Below, in pieces: positions 9,315 to 18,474 of a DNA stretch of 46,386 nt (position 1 is the stretch's first letter; the number at the start of each line of letters is the position of its first letter). The stretch is from an uncultured Nitrososphaerota archaeon (GTDB lineage: Archaea; Korarchaeota; Korarchaeia; Korarchaeales; Korarchaeaceae), in contig CAZUBM010000010.1 of NCBI GenBank assembly GCA_964618805.1, positions 23,945-70,330 of the forward strand, written 5' to 3'. The notes beneath the pieces are model-generated. The model had not been told where the DNA came from and did no database searches. It saw only the letters and a program-made list of their open reading frames with translations. The position numbers and the translations under genes are program-made.

Positions 9315-9403
9315 GCGGGGGTAGCCAAGCTAGGTCCAAGGCGCCAGCCTGAGGCGCTGGTGGGCGTAGGCCCGCGTGGGTTCAAATCCCACCCCCCGCA
9401 CCA
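9315..9403 (+). tRNA. tRNA-Leu(GAG), encoded CCA, no intron
   Basis: GCGGGGG/CCCCCGC-A-CCA, CCAGC-CT GAG GC-GCTGG, long variable arm. Confidence 0.95.
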
Positions 9404-9574
9404 TTTTAAACAAGTATTTGAACAAACAGAGGCTTCTTATTCCTTTAGGCGATAATAAGGGTGTGTTCTGAGCGGGTCGACTTATGCTAAGTATTATTAT
9501 ATGGGTGGTTCATCCACTTGCAGGAATCAAGAGTAAAGGCTTGGCAACTTTGAAAGAGTAGGGAGGTAAGAGAG

Positions 9575-9940
9575 ATGCCTAAACCAACTGGTCCAACAAA
9601 TCCATCAGTCATCAGGCTGATTAACCTACTAGAAAAGAATGCAAGGTTGAATAAAGCTGGTATATGGAAAAGAGTTGCAGAGATTATACGAAAACCAAGG
9701 AGAAGGAGAGTTGCAGTGAACGTTTGGAAGATAGGTAAGTATGCCCAAGGGGCAAGTGCCATTATAGTCCCAGGGGTAGTCCTTGGATATGGGGAGTTGG
9801 ATAAGCCGGTCACCGTTGCTGCTCTTAAGGTCTCTGCAAAAGCAAGAGAAAAAATTGTAGAGGCTGGTGGAAAGGTCATTTCAATCGAAGATCTCATAAA
9901 AGAGAATCCAAAGGGTTCTGGGGTTAGAATAATAGTCTGA
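9575..9940 (+). CDS. rpl18e: 50S ribosomal protein L18e
   Basis: PTGPTNP, PRRRRVAVNV and VPGVVLGYG. Confidence 0.96.
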   Translation: MPKPTGPTNPSVIRLINLLEKNARLNKAGIWKRVAEIIRKPRRRRVAVNVWKIGKYAQGASAIIVPGVVLGYGELDKPVTVAALKVSAKAREKIVEAGGKVISIEDLIKENPKGSGVRIIV

Positions 9941-9950
9941 GGTGTTCTGT

Positions 9951-10403
9951 GTGGGTAACTATGATATCATAATTGACGCTGATAGGAAAATCTTGGGTAG
10001 ACTTGCCAGTTTTGTCGCTAAACGTCTTTTAGAGGGAAAAAGGGTAGCTATTGTGAACGCTGAAAAAGCAATTATTTCAGGAAATCCGGAAACCATCCTT
10101 GAAAAGTATCAAAAAAGGAGAAGCATTGAAGGGAAGCCAAAACCAACAAAAGGACCAGTTCAACCAAGGACACCGGACAGGATTGTTTGGAAGACCATAA
10201 GAGGAATGCTTCCAATGAAGAAGGCTAAGGGCAGAGAAGCTTTGAGAAGGTTGAGGGTATTCATAGGAGTGCCTCCAGAGCTTAAGAAAGCTGAGCCACT
10301 GGAACTTCCTCTTGAGTACACTGTTGAAAACTTAAAACCTAAAAAGCGAAGGAAAGAAGTGACCGTTTATTGGTTGGCCAAGAGTCTAGGGTGGAAAGGA
10401 TGA
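9951..10403 (+). CDS. rpl13: 50S ribosomal protein L13 (uL13)
   Basis: IDADRKILGRLAS, NAEKAIISG and IRGMLP. GTG start follows a GAGGTG RBS. Confidence 0.96.
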   Translation: MGNYDIIIDADRKILGRLASFVAKRLLEGKRVAIVNAEKAIISGNPETILEKYQKRRSIEGKPKPTKGPVQPRTPDRIVWKTIRGMLPMKKAKGREALRRLRVFIGVPPELKKAEPLELPLEYTVENLKPKKRRKEVTVYWLAKSLGWKG

Positions 10404-10825
10404 GTGAAGTCAGGGAAGCAGGAAAGGGGATTGCTACAGCATCAGCTAAGAGGAAAGAAGCGAGAGCTTTTGCTGTTATAAGACCTGGCAAAGGAAGGCT
10501 TTATGTTAATGGATTTCCAATTGAAGTATATGCTCAAAACGAATTTGTAAGGATGAAGATACTTGAGCCCCTCTGGTTAGCCAGGGATTATGCAAAAGAG
10601 GTTGACATTAAAGTACGGGTTAAAGGCGGAGGTTTCATGGGTCAAGCTGATGCCATAAGGATGGCAATAGGTAAAGCCTTGGTTAAATGGACTGGATCTG
10701 AGGAATTGATGAGAACATACAAGGAGTATGATAGAACTATTTTGGTAGGCGATCCAAGAAGAACAGAACCTAAGAAGTTTGGTGGACGCAGCGCAAGGGC
10801 TAGGTTCCAGAAGTCTTATAGGTAA
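10400..10825 (+). CDS. rps9: 30S ribosomal protein S9 (uS9)
   Basis: GGGFMGQADAIR and DPRRTEPKKFGGRSARARFQKSYR. Confidence 0.97.
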   Translation: MSEVREAGKGIATASAKRKEARAFAVIRPGKGRLYVNGFPIEVYAQNEFVRMKILEPLWLARDYAKEVDIKVRVKGGGFMGQADAIRMAIGKALVKWTGSEELMRTYKEYDRTILVGDPRRTEPKKFGGRSARARFQKSYR

Positions 10826-10859
10826 TCCCTTCTTAGAAGGATGTAGGAGGTTGTCATAG

Positions 10860-11264
10860 ATGGCGATTACTAGGATGTCTGCTAGCGAGTTAAAAACAGG
10901 GAGTTACGTCATGATAGATGGTGAACCTTGCGTTGTTCTGGATTTATCGAAGTCCAAACCTGGAAAACATGGTGCGGCAAAGATAAGGATAGATGCTCGT
11001 GGCGTATTTGATGGGGTAAGGAGGAGCAAGATCTATAGAGCAGATGAGTCCGTGGAGGTCCCTATAATTGATAAAAGAACTGCTCAGGTCGTAAATGTTA
11101 CGCCAGAGTCCGTCCAGCTTATGGACATGGAAAGTTATGAGATGTTTGAGATAGAACCTCCAGAGGAAGAGGAAATAAGATCAAAACTTGCCCCAGGGAC
11201 AGAAGTTGAATATTGGACAGCTCTAGGCAGAAGAAAAATTGTCAGAATAACCGGAGGAGCATAA
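10860..11264 (+). CDS. eif5a: Translation factor aIF5A
   Basis: Hypusine loop SKPGKHGAAK. Confidence 0.97.
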   Translation: MAITRMSASELKTGSYVMIDGEPCVVLDLSKSKPGKHGAAKIRIDARGVFDGVRRSKIYRADESVEVPIIDKRTAQVVNVTPESVQLMDMESYEMFEIEPPEEEEIRSKLAPGTEVEYWTALGRRKIVRITGGA

Positions 11265-11289
11265 TCCTCGTTAGGGGAGTTTAGAAAAA

Positions 11290-12555
11290 GTGAATCTGGA
11301 TAAGGTAGAAGAGAAGGTATCTCAGAAAGATAAAATCGCTAAAGATCTAGCTCTAGAACTTCTCTCAAGTTATCCTTTGTGTGAATTCTGTCTTGGAAGT
11401 CAGCTTGCTACTCTTTCGAATGGTTCACCTTGGATGTTAGGCAGAACTGTATTGGAGTCTTTATCTAGAGAAAAAGGAGTTGTAGGAGAGAACGCGGCTA
11501 AAGGGTTAAGTGGGGAGTGTTGGGTGTGCAAGGGTCTCGTAACTTCGATCCTTCCTAAACTAATAAGCAAGGCTCTCTTCTCGTTATCAAACATAGAATT
11601 TGAATCGTTCAAATCTGGCACTAAACTTCCAGCAGATATAGTTGAGAGAGAGGATGAGTTAAGGGGAAGATACGGTATATGGACAGCAGAAAGCCTTAAA
11701 GTTGTGATAAACAAGTATGTTGACGAAACAATCGCAGTCAAGACCGGATTAAAGGTTAAACCGGAGAAACCAGATGTTCTAGTCAGCTTAGACTTAATTC
11801 TTAAGGAAGTTAAGGTAATTCCATCTCCAGTATTTATTTATGGGCGTTACAGGAAGTTGAAAAGAGGTCTTTATCAGACTAGATGGGTTCCAGGAGCAGA
11901 GGGCACAATTGAGTCCTATATTGGAGAAATAATGAGGGCAGCCTTTGAAGCGGAGGATTACAGGCTTCATGCTGCTGGAAGAGAGGATTTTGATGTCAGG
12001 ATGTTGGGCAGTGGGAGGCCCTTTGTGATGGAACTAATAAGGCCTAGGAAGAGAAAAGTTGATTTGAAAGCCTTAGAAGGAGAGATTAACTCGAGACTAA
12101 ATGGTATCATAGGAGTATCTGATCTTAGGAAAGTAAGTAGGAGGACCGTGGTTCTCATAAAGGAATCCTCAGGCATTATGAGGAAAGTATATCGCGCGAA
12201 AGTAGTCACTGATGGAAAAATTTCGCCTGAGAAACTCAAAAAACTCGAAATAGAATTTTTCAACGCGACGATAAAGCAGAAAACACCTAAAAGAGTGCTT
12301 CATAGGAGGGCTGATTTACTAAGGGTGAGAAGAGTATACAAAGTTTCTACAAGGCTTTTATCCGAGAACTCCTTCGAAATGATTATAGAATGTGATGGTG
12401 GGCTTTATATAAAAGAACTGATTGATGGAGATGGGGGTAGAACCAAGCCTAGCGTCTCTGAGATTTTAGGAGAAAAAGCTTTTTGTAGCGAACTTGATGT
12501 TATCGACATAATTGTCCCCGATGAGTTGATGAAAGAGGTAGAGGTGCATGGGTAG
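11290..12555 (+). CDS. pus10: tRNA pseudouridine(54/55) synthase Pus10
   Basis: GREDFDVRMLGSGRPF, QKTPKRVLHRR and GGLYIKELIDGDGGRT. Confidence 0.95.
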   Translation: MNLDKVEEKVSQKDKIAKDLALELLSSYPLCEFCLGSQLATLSNGSPWMLGRTVLESLSREKGVVGENAAKGLSGECWVCKGLVTSILPKLISKALFSLSNIEFESFKSGTKLPADIVEREDELRGRYGIWTAESLKVVINKYVDETIAVKTGLKVKPEKPDVLVSLDLILKEVKVIPSPVFIYGRYRKLKRGLYQTRWVPGAEGTIESYIGEIMRAAFEAEDYRLHAAGREDFDVRMLGSGRPFVMELIRPRKRKVDLKALEGEINSRLNGIIGVSDLRKVSRRTVVLIKESSGIMRKVYRAKVVTDGKISPEKLKKLEIEFFNATIKQKTPKRVLHRRADLLRVRRVYKVSTRLLSENSFEMIIECDGGLYIKELIDGDGGRTKPSVSEILGEKAFCSELDVIDIIVPDELMKEVEVHG

Positions 12556-12853
12556 GAGATCAGCAGGTTTTTTGCATAAGTCTAGGAAGTTTCTCAAAAA
12601 GAAACCACGAGAGAGGGGAATGCCTCCTCCTTCTAGATTCCTTATGAAGTATGAGGTAGGTCAGAAAGTTGTCATAGATGTCTTTCCCTCTCCTAAGGAG
12701 GGAGGATTTCCTCATAGGAGATACCAAGGGAAAGTAGGTGTAGTTGCAGGTAAGAGAGGTCATTGTTACTTAGTAGACGTGAAAATGGGGAAGAAGGTCA
12801 AACATCTCATAGTATCTCCAATCCATCTCAAGCCCCATCAAGAACAGAGGTGA
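12548..12853 (+). CDS. rpl21e: 50S ribosomal protein L21e
   Basis: PHRRYQGKVGVV and HLKP. Confidence 0.95.
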   Translation: MGRRSAGFLHKSRKFLKKKPRERGMPPPSRFLMKYEVGQKVVIDVFPSPKEGGFPHRRYQGKVGVVAGKRGHCYLVDVKMGKKVKHLIVSPIHLKPHQEQR

Positions 12854-12859
12854 AAGAGT

Positions 12860-13222
12860 TTGTCATTAGAAAAGGCTCCTCCAGAGAAGAAGCCCTTGAC
12901 CTTAGCTGAGGTAAGGGCTCTTATTCACGAGAGATGGGCTAAGGATCAGTCTATGCTTGCAAGGGATCAAAAGAGACTATTTGAGTATCTCTCAAAGTTT
13001 GTAAAGGTAAGAGATGCGGGCGCATGCCGTAAAGCAGTAGAACAGCTAATGCAAGAGATTGGATTGAGTGAAGAAGATGCTGTTATGATGGTTAACACCA
13101 TGCCCAAGAACAAAGATGAGCTTAGACCAATGCTCTTTAGATCTTACCCTTTGCTTGATGCTAAATCATATGATAGAATTCTGGAGATACTCAAATCCTT
13201 GGAAGAGAGGGAGGAAAAGTAG
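12860..13222 (+). CDS. rpoF: RNA polymerase subunit F (Rpo4)
   Basis: LTLAEV, YLSKF and VNTMPKNKDELR; conserved L21e-rpoF-DUF655 order. Confidence 0.88.
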   Translation: MSLEKAPPEKKPLTLAEVRALIHERWAKDQSMLARDQKRLFEYLSKFVKVRDAGACRKAVEQLMQEIGLSEEDAVMMVNTMPKNKDELRPMLFRSYPLLDAKSYDRILEILKSLEEREEK

Positions 13223-13225
13223 ATA

Positions 13226-13801
13226 ATGTGGAGATATGATCCGAGAAGACAGAGCATGCCTCATGACAGCTGGGCTTATGTGCTAGCCGTATACGGACAT
13301 CCTCTTAGCGCTCAAGTTATAGGAGATAAATATTTCTCGTTGATGGAGTTTTTGGCAAGACCTGAAAGTGGGATAAAGGAAAGCATGAAGGTCTTCGTTG
13401 GAAAGGGGCCCAGACAACATGTTAGCAGGTTTATCAGATATTTAGATTACGAAGACCTCATCCCACCCGCTAAGTCCAATCTTCCAGTAATTGTGGCTAG
13501 GATAATTACCGAGAGGGAGAGTTTTTTCGTTTCTTTTTTTAATGAAAGCGTTCCAATTACTCCTAGACTACATCAGCTTGAGCTATTGCCTGGGGTAGGC
13601 AAGAAAACTTTAATTAAGATACTTGAGGAGAGGGCAAGGCTTCCTTTTGTTTCTTTTGCGGATATAGAGGAAAGAGTTGGTCTTAAGGACCCAACTGGTG
13701 CTATAGTTGAGAGAGTCCTCATGGAGATAAGGGGAGAGGACAGGTATAACATCTTTGTAGCTACGAAGTCGATGTTTGAGAGGAAGTATTCAATCATTTA
13801 G
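13226..13801 (+). CDS. DUF655 family putative RNA-binding protein
   Basis: AQVIGDKYFSLME and PITPRLHQLELLPGVGKK (HhH). Confidence 0.92.
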   Translation: MWRYDPRRQSMPHDSWAYVLAVYGHPLSAQVIGDKYFSLMEFLARPESGIKESMKVFVGKGPRQHVSRFIRYLDYEDLIPPAKSNLPVIVARIITERESFFVSFFNESVPITPRLHQLELLPGVGKKTLIKILEERARLPFVSFADIEERVGLKDPTGAIVERVLMEIRGEDRYNIFVATKSMFERKYSII

Positions 13802-14561
13802 CAAGGATTTCAGTTCCAGCAAGCCCTTTTAATGCCTTCAGAAGATCTCCTTTTTTCTTGTAGCCAGAAATCCTAACTTTTTTCCCTTTTTCTGCCAAAA
13901 TCATTCCTTTCTTGATCTTTTCTTTTATTCCTCCTGTTACATCCTTTGCTAAGTCACGGACTTCTTCTAAATGAGCTAGATCTTCTTTGTGAAGCTTTCG
14001 AATGATTTTTCCACTTTCATCCAGCACTCCAGGAACGTCTACTAGGAATAGAATTTCGTCTATCATATCTAGAAGCAAGAAGGGGATATCATCGGCTGAA
14101 ATTATTGATACCCCCCTGTTCTCATCAAAGACAACATCTCCCATCAGCAAGGGGGTAATTCCATTCATTAAAGCGAGCTTTATTGGAGAGGAGTAGAATT
14201 CCCAGCCTTTAGAGGACTTATAGATGAGAGAGGATGGATGAAATACTACAACAGGAAGCCTTATCTCTAGGAATTCCCTTAAAAAGATCTGTGAGAGTTC
14301 GGTAAGCCAAAATCTCGTTTCTGTTATGCCTATTCTACATTTAGGATTCAATCCTCTATCTAGACCATATTTTGCCGCGAAAGGGTGTGCATAGGACCCT
14401 CCACCATGGGCAAGGATTAGGCTAATCCCTAAATCAACTAATTCCTTGACTTCCCTGCAGAAATCCTTTATCCTCTCAATTCTAGGCTTTGGGTAACCTA
14501 GGCTCTTTTCAGTAATTGTTGAGCCACCTATCTTTATGTAAATTGTTTTTTGAGATGTCAT
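13794..14561 (-). CDS. ipk: Isopentenyl phosphate kinase
   Basis: IKIGGSTITEK, HGGGSYAH, GDVV, ISADD and DVTGGIKEK. Confidence 0.9.
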   Translation of the reverse strand: MTSQKTIYIKIGGSTITEKSLGYPKPRIERIKDFCREVKELVDLGISLILAHGGGSYAHPFAAKYGLDRGLNPKCRIGITETRFWLTELSQIFLREFLEIRLPVVVFHPSSLIYKSSKGWEFYSSPIKLALMNGITPLLMGDVVFDENRGVSIISADDIPFLLLDMIDEILFLVDVPGVLDESGKIIRKLHKEDLAHLEEVRDLAKDVTGGIKEKIKKGMILAEKGKKVRISGYKKKGDLLKALKGLAGTEILAK

Positions 14562-14630
14562 TATTGACTGAGAGATGTACCAAACAGTTCGCTCATAAAG
14601 ATTAATTCCCCCCACAATTTCGAAATTGTG

Positions 14631-16205
14631 ATGTCGACATACGTTGTTGATGAATACATATTGACCAGTAGTAGCTTGACCGATAAAGAAACCCTTAGAA
14701 AGCTAAGGGGCTCCACTATTCTAGTTCCAGAAGGGATCGTTAAGCATATGGAGATAAGAGCGAATAAAGGAGACAGAAGGGCGCTTCAAGCGCTTTATCA
14801 AGTTCTTAAGCTGCGAGAAATGGCTTCAAAGCTGGGAATAGAAGTTAAAATCGCTAAACATACCGAAAGAGGCTCTAGAGCTCTTGAAGAGATCGCAAAA
14901 AAGCACGATGCAAAGATCCTTACGAGTAATTCCATAAGATGGCTAGCTCTCAGGGCAAAAGGGATTCAAGCCTCGTATTTTGGAGCTGGCGATTGGAGAC
15001 CAGTTCTAGAGGAATTCTTCCAAGAGGACGTAATGAGCGTACACCTAAAGGAGGGCGTACCTCCTATGGCTAAGAGAGGACATCCAGGGCACTTTAAACT
15101 CGTCAAATTGAGGGAAGATCCGATGAAGAAGGAAGAGATGTTGAAACTTGCCTATGCTCTTATAGAAGGAGCTAGATCGGATCCAGAAGTCTTTATCGAG
15201 ATTCAGAGAAGGGATGCATACGTCATCCAGTTAAGGGAGTACAGGATCCTTATAGCACTTCCTCCGTTCTCCGATGGTGTTGAGATCACAGCAGTAAGGC
15301 CTATCGTTAAAGTTACGTTAGACGATTACGAGCTAAGTGCAAAATTGAAAAAAAGGTTAAAGGAGAGAGCAGAAGGTATCGTAATAGGAGGACCTCCAGG
15401 AGCTGGAAAAACTACGTTCACAAGCGCTTTAGCCGAATTCTACAAGAATTTAGGGAAGATAGTTAAAAGTCTAGAGTCTCCGAGAGATTTGCAAGTAGGA
15501 GACGAGATCACACAATATACGAAGCTAAATGGGAGCTTTGAGAATGCTGCTGATCTCTTACTTCTAGTAAGGCCAGATTATGTGTGTTTTGACGAAATGA
15601 GGAAGGACGATGATTTCAACATATACACGGACATGAGGTTGGCTGGAATAGGGATGGTTGGCGTGATACACTGTGGCTCGCCTATTGAAGCAATTGAGCG
15701 ATTCATAAGCAGAGTAGATCTTGGAATGCTTCCCCACGTGATAGATACTGTGATATTCATAGAGGAGGGAAGGATAAAGAAGGTCTACAGCCTAAACATC
15801 ACCGTAAAAGTCCCTCATGGGATGAGAGAAGAAGGTCTTGCGAGACCTGTCGTGTTGGTTAGGGACTTTGAGAGCGGACAAGTCGAATATGAGATTTACT
15901 CGTTCGCAGAGCAAGTTGTAATAATGCCATTGAGGAAGAGAAGGGCCCCTACGATAGAGATAAGGGAACCCTCTTTAGGAAGAGAGATCTACGATTTTTC
16001 GGTGAGAGAAGGAAAGAAATCTGTCATATTGGACCTTGGAGAGCAAGCTGCAAATAGAAGTGTGTCCCTTTACGATGGAGATAGGGAGATCACTACTTTA
16101 AAGCTAGGTCCTATGGGAAGAACTGCTGTAGGCAAGAGAAGGAAGGCTGGAAGACAGATATTAAAGGCATGGAAAGCTGGAACGCTTAGAGCTTTTTATT
16201 TATGA
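14631..16205 (+). CDS. PIN-domain PilT/VirB11-like ATPase (PINA family)
   Basis: Degenerate N-terminal PIN domain, MSVHLKEG, Walker A GPPGAGKTT, LLVRPDY..FDEMR and DMRLAGIGMVGVIH. Confidence 0.9.
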   Translation: MSTYVVDEYILTSSSLTDKETLRKLRGSTILVPEGIVKHMEIRANKGDRRALQALYQVLKLREMASKLGIEVKIAKHTERGSRALEEIAKKHDAKILTSNSIRWLALRAKGIQASYFGAGDWRPVLEEFFQEDVMSVHLKEGVPPMAKRGHPGHFKLVKLREDPMKKEEMLKLAYALIEGARSDPEVFIEIQRRDAYVIQLREYRILIALPPFSDGVEITAVRPIVKVTLDDYELSAKLKKRLKERAEGIVIGGPPGAGKTTFTSALAEFYKNLGKIVKSLESPRDLQVGDEITQYTKLNGSFENAADLLLLVRPDYVCFDEMRKDDDFNIYTDMRLAGIGMVGVIHCGSPIEAIERFISRVDLGMLPHVIDTVIFIEEGRIKKVYSLNITVKVPHGMREEGLARPVVLVRDFESGQVEYEIYSFAEQVVIMPLRKRRAPTIEIREPSLGREIYDFSVREGKKSVILDLGEQAANRSVSLYDGDREITTLKLGPMGRTAVGKRRKAGRQILKAWKAGTLRAFYL

Positions 16206-16730
16206 TATTCCGCTCGTTGAAATTTTCCTAATACGTTCCTCTATTCCGATGGACTTAAGGAATTCGAAGACAGCAGGTGGAACTAAATGCTTCCAGGAGC
16301 TATCCCCCTTCAATATCTGTTCTCTTATGTGAGTAGCGGAGTATTTCTCTCTCTCATAGAACGGTATGGGAAGCACTTTTATTCCCACTCTGGTGAGATC
16401 CTTTATAGTCTCTGGATCGTTTGAATATGCTACATCTATCCTTGGTACCCTGTCTAACACAATCAATCCCCAGTCTTCTTCTGGGCTCTCCGTATCCGGG
16501 ATGTTTACCAAGAAAACTTTTCTTAATGGGATTCTTTCTTGTCTAAGGGCTCTTACAATCATTTCATATCTTTCATCCACAGAAAGAGGATTTCTAAGCG
16601 TGTTAGAGTATTGAGCACTCCCAATAGCAATTACTATCTCCTCTACTTGCTCTAATATGTATTTCACTGCATGCAGATGACCATAATGAAATGGTTGGAA
16701 TCTTCCGACGTATAGGCCTCTCTTATACAA
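16200..16730 (-). CDS. nadM: Nicotinamide-nucleotide adenylyltransferase
   Basis: GRFQPFHYGH, GSAQ and SATHIR. Confidence 0.94.
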   Translation of the reverse strand: MYKRGLYVGRFQPFHYGHLHAVKYILEQVEEIVIAIGSAQYSNTLRNPLSVDERYEMIVRALRQERIPLRKVFLVNIPDTESPEEDWGLIVLDRVPRIDVAYSNDPETIKDLTRVGIKVLPIPFYEREKYSATHIREQILKGDSSWKHLVPPAVFEFLKSIGIEERIRKISTSGIS

Positions 16731-16756
16731 TTCTTACACCTGCTTTTTCCTACAAG

Positions 16757-16776
16757 CCTGACCTTTGAAGGTCAGG
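16757..16776. promoter_or_regulatory. 9-bp inverted repeat, possible operator upstream of nadM
   Basis: CCTGACCTT-TG-AAGGTCAGG lies between an AT-rich TATA-like stretch and the nadM start. Confidence 0.4.
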
Positions 16777-16911
16777 ATAAAATCTTAACTCTTAGTTCAA
16801 ACGTGATGTTAAACACAAGAATAGAAATAATTAGCAATGGCCTAATTGTCAAACAAATCGACTTAATTAGATTGCAGGGTTCAAATCTCATGTAAACATT
16901 GAAATCCGATC

Positions 16912-17385
16912 TTAAAGAAGGTCATCCGGTCTTATCACAAGATGTTCAGGTAATTCTTCCTTTATTTCTTCATAGGTGTGTTCGTCCATTATCAAAACGT
17001 TCCCAAATATAGTTATATTCTCTATGTGCCAATACAGAGGGAAAGCCTTCATCATTCTGTTTAATATTTCTTCAACCTTTCTCATCCTCCTCTCAATCTC
17101 TGGATTTGCCTTTCCTACATAAACCCACTTTTTCTTTCCTTTTGGAAAATATATTACCCTGTACCAATATCTCTTTCTGTAAAAATATATTCTCCCTTTC
17201 TTTGATACAACCTTATGAATTGTCCTTAGGTGATAACCCTCCAAGCCATAATCGTGCTTAAGGTTCCTAAGAACTCTATTTCGAATCCTTCTTAACTCAG
17301 TTATCTCCTTCTTGTACCACCGCGCGATGTCCTTGCTAACCCCAACTATTACAAGCTTGGGCATTTTGTGCAAGGTTCTTTTCAT
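16912..17385 (-). CDS. Basic hypothetical protein, possibly derived from a mobile element
   Basis: 157 aa, K/R/Y-rich with KGRIYFYRKRYWYRV...KKKWVYVGK; AT-richer than its neighbours. Confidence 0.7.
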   Translation of the reverse strand: MKRTLHKMPKLVIVGVSKDIARWYKKEITELRRIRNRVLRNLKHDYGLEGYHLRTIHKVVSKKGRIYFYRKRYWYRVIYFPKGKKKWVYVGKANPEIERRMRKVEEILNRMMKAFPLYWHIENITIFGNVLIMDEHTYEEIKEELPEHLVIRPDDLL

Positions 17386-17567
17386 GTCTTCTGAGATACA
17401 AAAAGATAATGACTAAAGAAACTTCAGGAAAAGGGAGATGCTTCTCTCTCTATTAATAGATCTCTCACCTACATTATATTTTAACCTTGATTCTATGAAA
17501 AAATTGTAGAAAGCCACGGCTGCTTTTAAAAACAGGAGATCAAGCCCCTGGATAAGTTTAATTCTCA

Positions 17568-17774
17568 ATGAGTCAATCTGATCAACCTATGCCAACAATA
17601 AAGTGCAGATCTTGCGGTGCTAAGATCCTAATAGATGAAGATGATTATGAAGGAACCGTTGAGTGTCCTGATTGCGGTGCCTTGATGTATGTTAAGATTT
17701 CAGCTGGTAAAGTAAAGGAAGTAGAGCTAGAGGAAGAGAGCGAAGAAGAACTGGAAGGAGAGGAAGAATGGTGA
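17568..17774 (+). CDS. LysW-like zinc-ribbon protein with acidic tail ending in Trp
   Basis: CRSCGA...VECPDCGA...ELEEESEEELEGEEEW*. Confidence 0.8.
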   Translation: MSQSDQPMPTIKCRSCGAKILIDEDDYEGTVECPDCGALMYVKISAGKVKEVELEEESEEELEGEEEW

Positions 17775-17815
17775 ACTCAAGTGTTTAATGATCAAGAAAA
17801 CCTGTGGTGATCTCA

Positions 17816-18024
17816 ATGCCCACTGTAATGTGTCCAAGTTGCTTAGTTGAATTCGAGGTGAAAAGAAAGGACTACGAAGGGAAAGTTGATTGTCCTGCTT
17901 GCGGTGCTTCATTCACATAAAAATAGAGGAAGGAAAACTAAAACAAGCAAAGCTAGCAGTGAGCCTCAATGAAATACCGCTTTCTGAGGGGGAGCTGGAA
18001 GGTGAAGGAGAGGAAGAATGGTGA
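17816..18024 (+). pseudogene. Second LysW-like zinc-ribbon paralog with a 1-nt frameshift
   Basis: MPTVMCPSC...DYEGKVDCPACGA, a frameshift near 17910, then IHIKIEEGK...ELEGEGEEEW*. Length is 209 nt; GGTGA RBS upstream. Confidence 0.75.
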
Positions 18025-18036
18025 GAGGTGAAGATA

Positions 18037-18096
18037 ATGTTAGAAGAGGAGAAGAAAAAGAAAAAGAAGCAAAGGGAGAAGAAAAAGAAGAAATAG
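18037..18096 (+). CDS. Putative 19-aa lysine-rich peptide
   Basis: MLEEEKKKKKKQREKKKKK*, preceded by a GAGGTGA RBS at normal spacing. Confidence 0.35.
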   Translation: MLEEEKKKKKKQREKKKKK

Positions 18097-18474
18097 TGTG
18101 GTAAATCGAAGAATCCTCCTTTCTCCCTTTTTTAAGCGAAGTTTAGAAACAGTATCCTTTGAATACTTAACCTACTACTTTCAGCCCCTCATATTTGCCA
18201 TTTGGACGGTTTATAAAAAAAGAATAAGTTGTTGGTATTATATTCAACAAGAAAAAGGAATACGTTATGATAAAGGAGGGTTAGCCTCTTAACGATCAAA
18301 ATCCTCTCTACTGCATGGGAGATTGAGTACTATACTGCTTTAATGTTTGATATCAAGCATTATTAAGTCTTCTTTTTTGTTAAAGTCTATTTAGGAATGA
18401 TTTTCTACTTCGATTCTATTTAACTAACCTATTCTTAACATCGAATAGTTCAAATCTTAACTCATCTTAATTTA

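Noticed and set aside
9415-9520. Possible second C/D sRNA after tRNA-Leu (a CTGA, and a GGGTGGTTCATC match to the sRNA near 2030)
   Set aside because: No convincing C and C' boxes at the right spacing on either strand.
16877-16887. GGGTTCAAATC resembling a tRNA T-arm (possible att site)
   Set aside because: Only 11 nt match, there is no acceptor-stem continuation, and no integrase is present in the window.
17772-18024. TGA read-through (selenocysteine, or restoring a WGE end) in the LysW-like genes
   Set aside because: Sequences after the two TGAs are unrelated to each other and no SECIS-like hairpin was seen.
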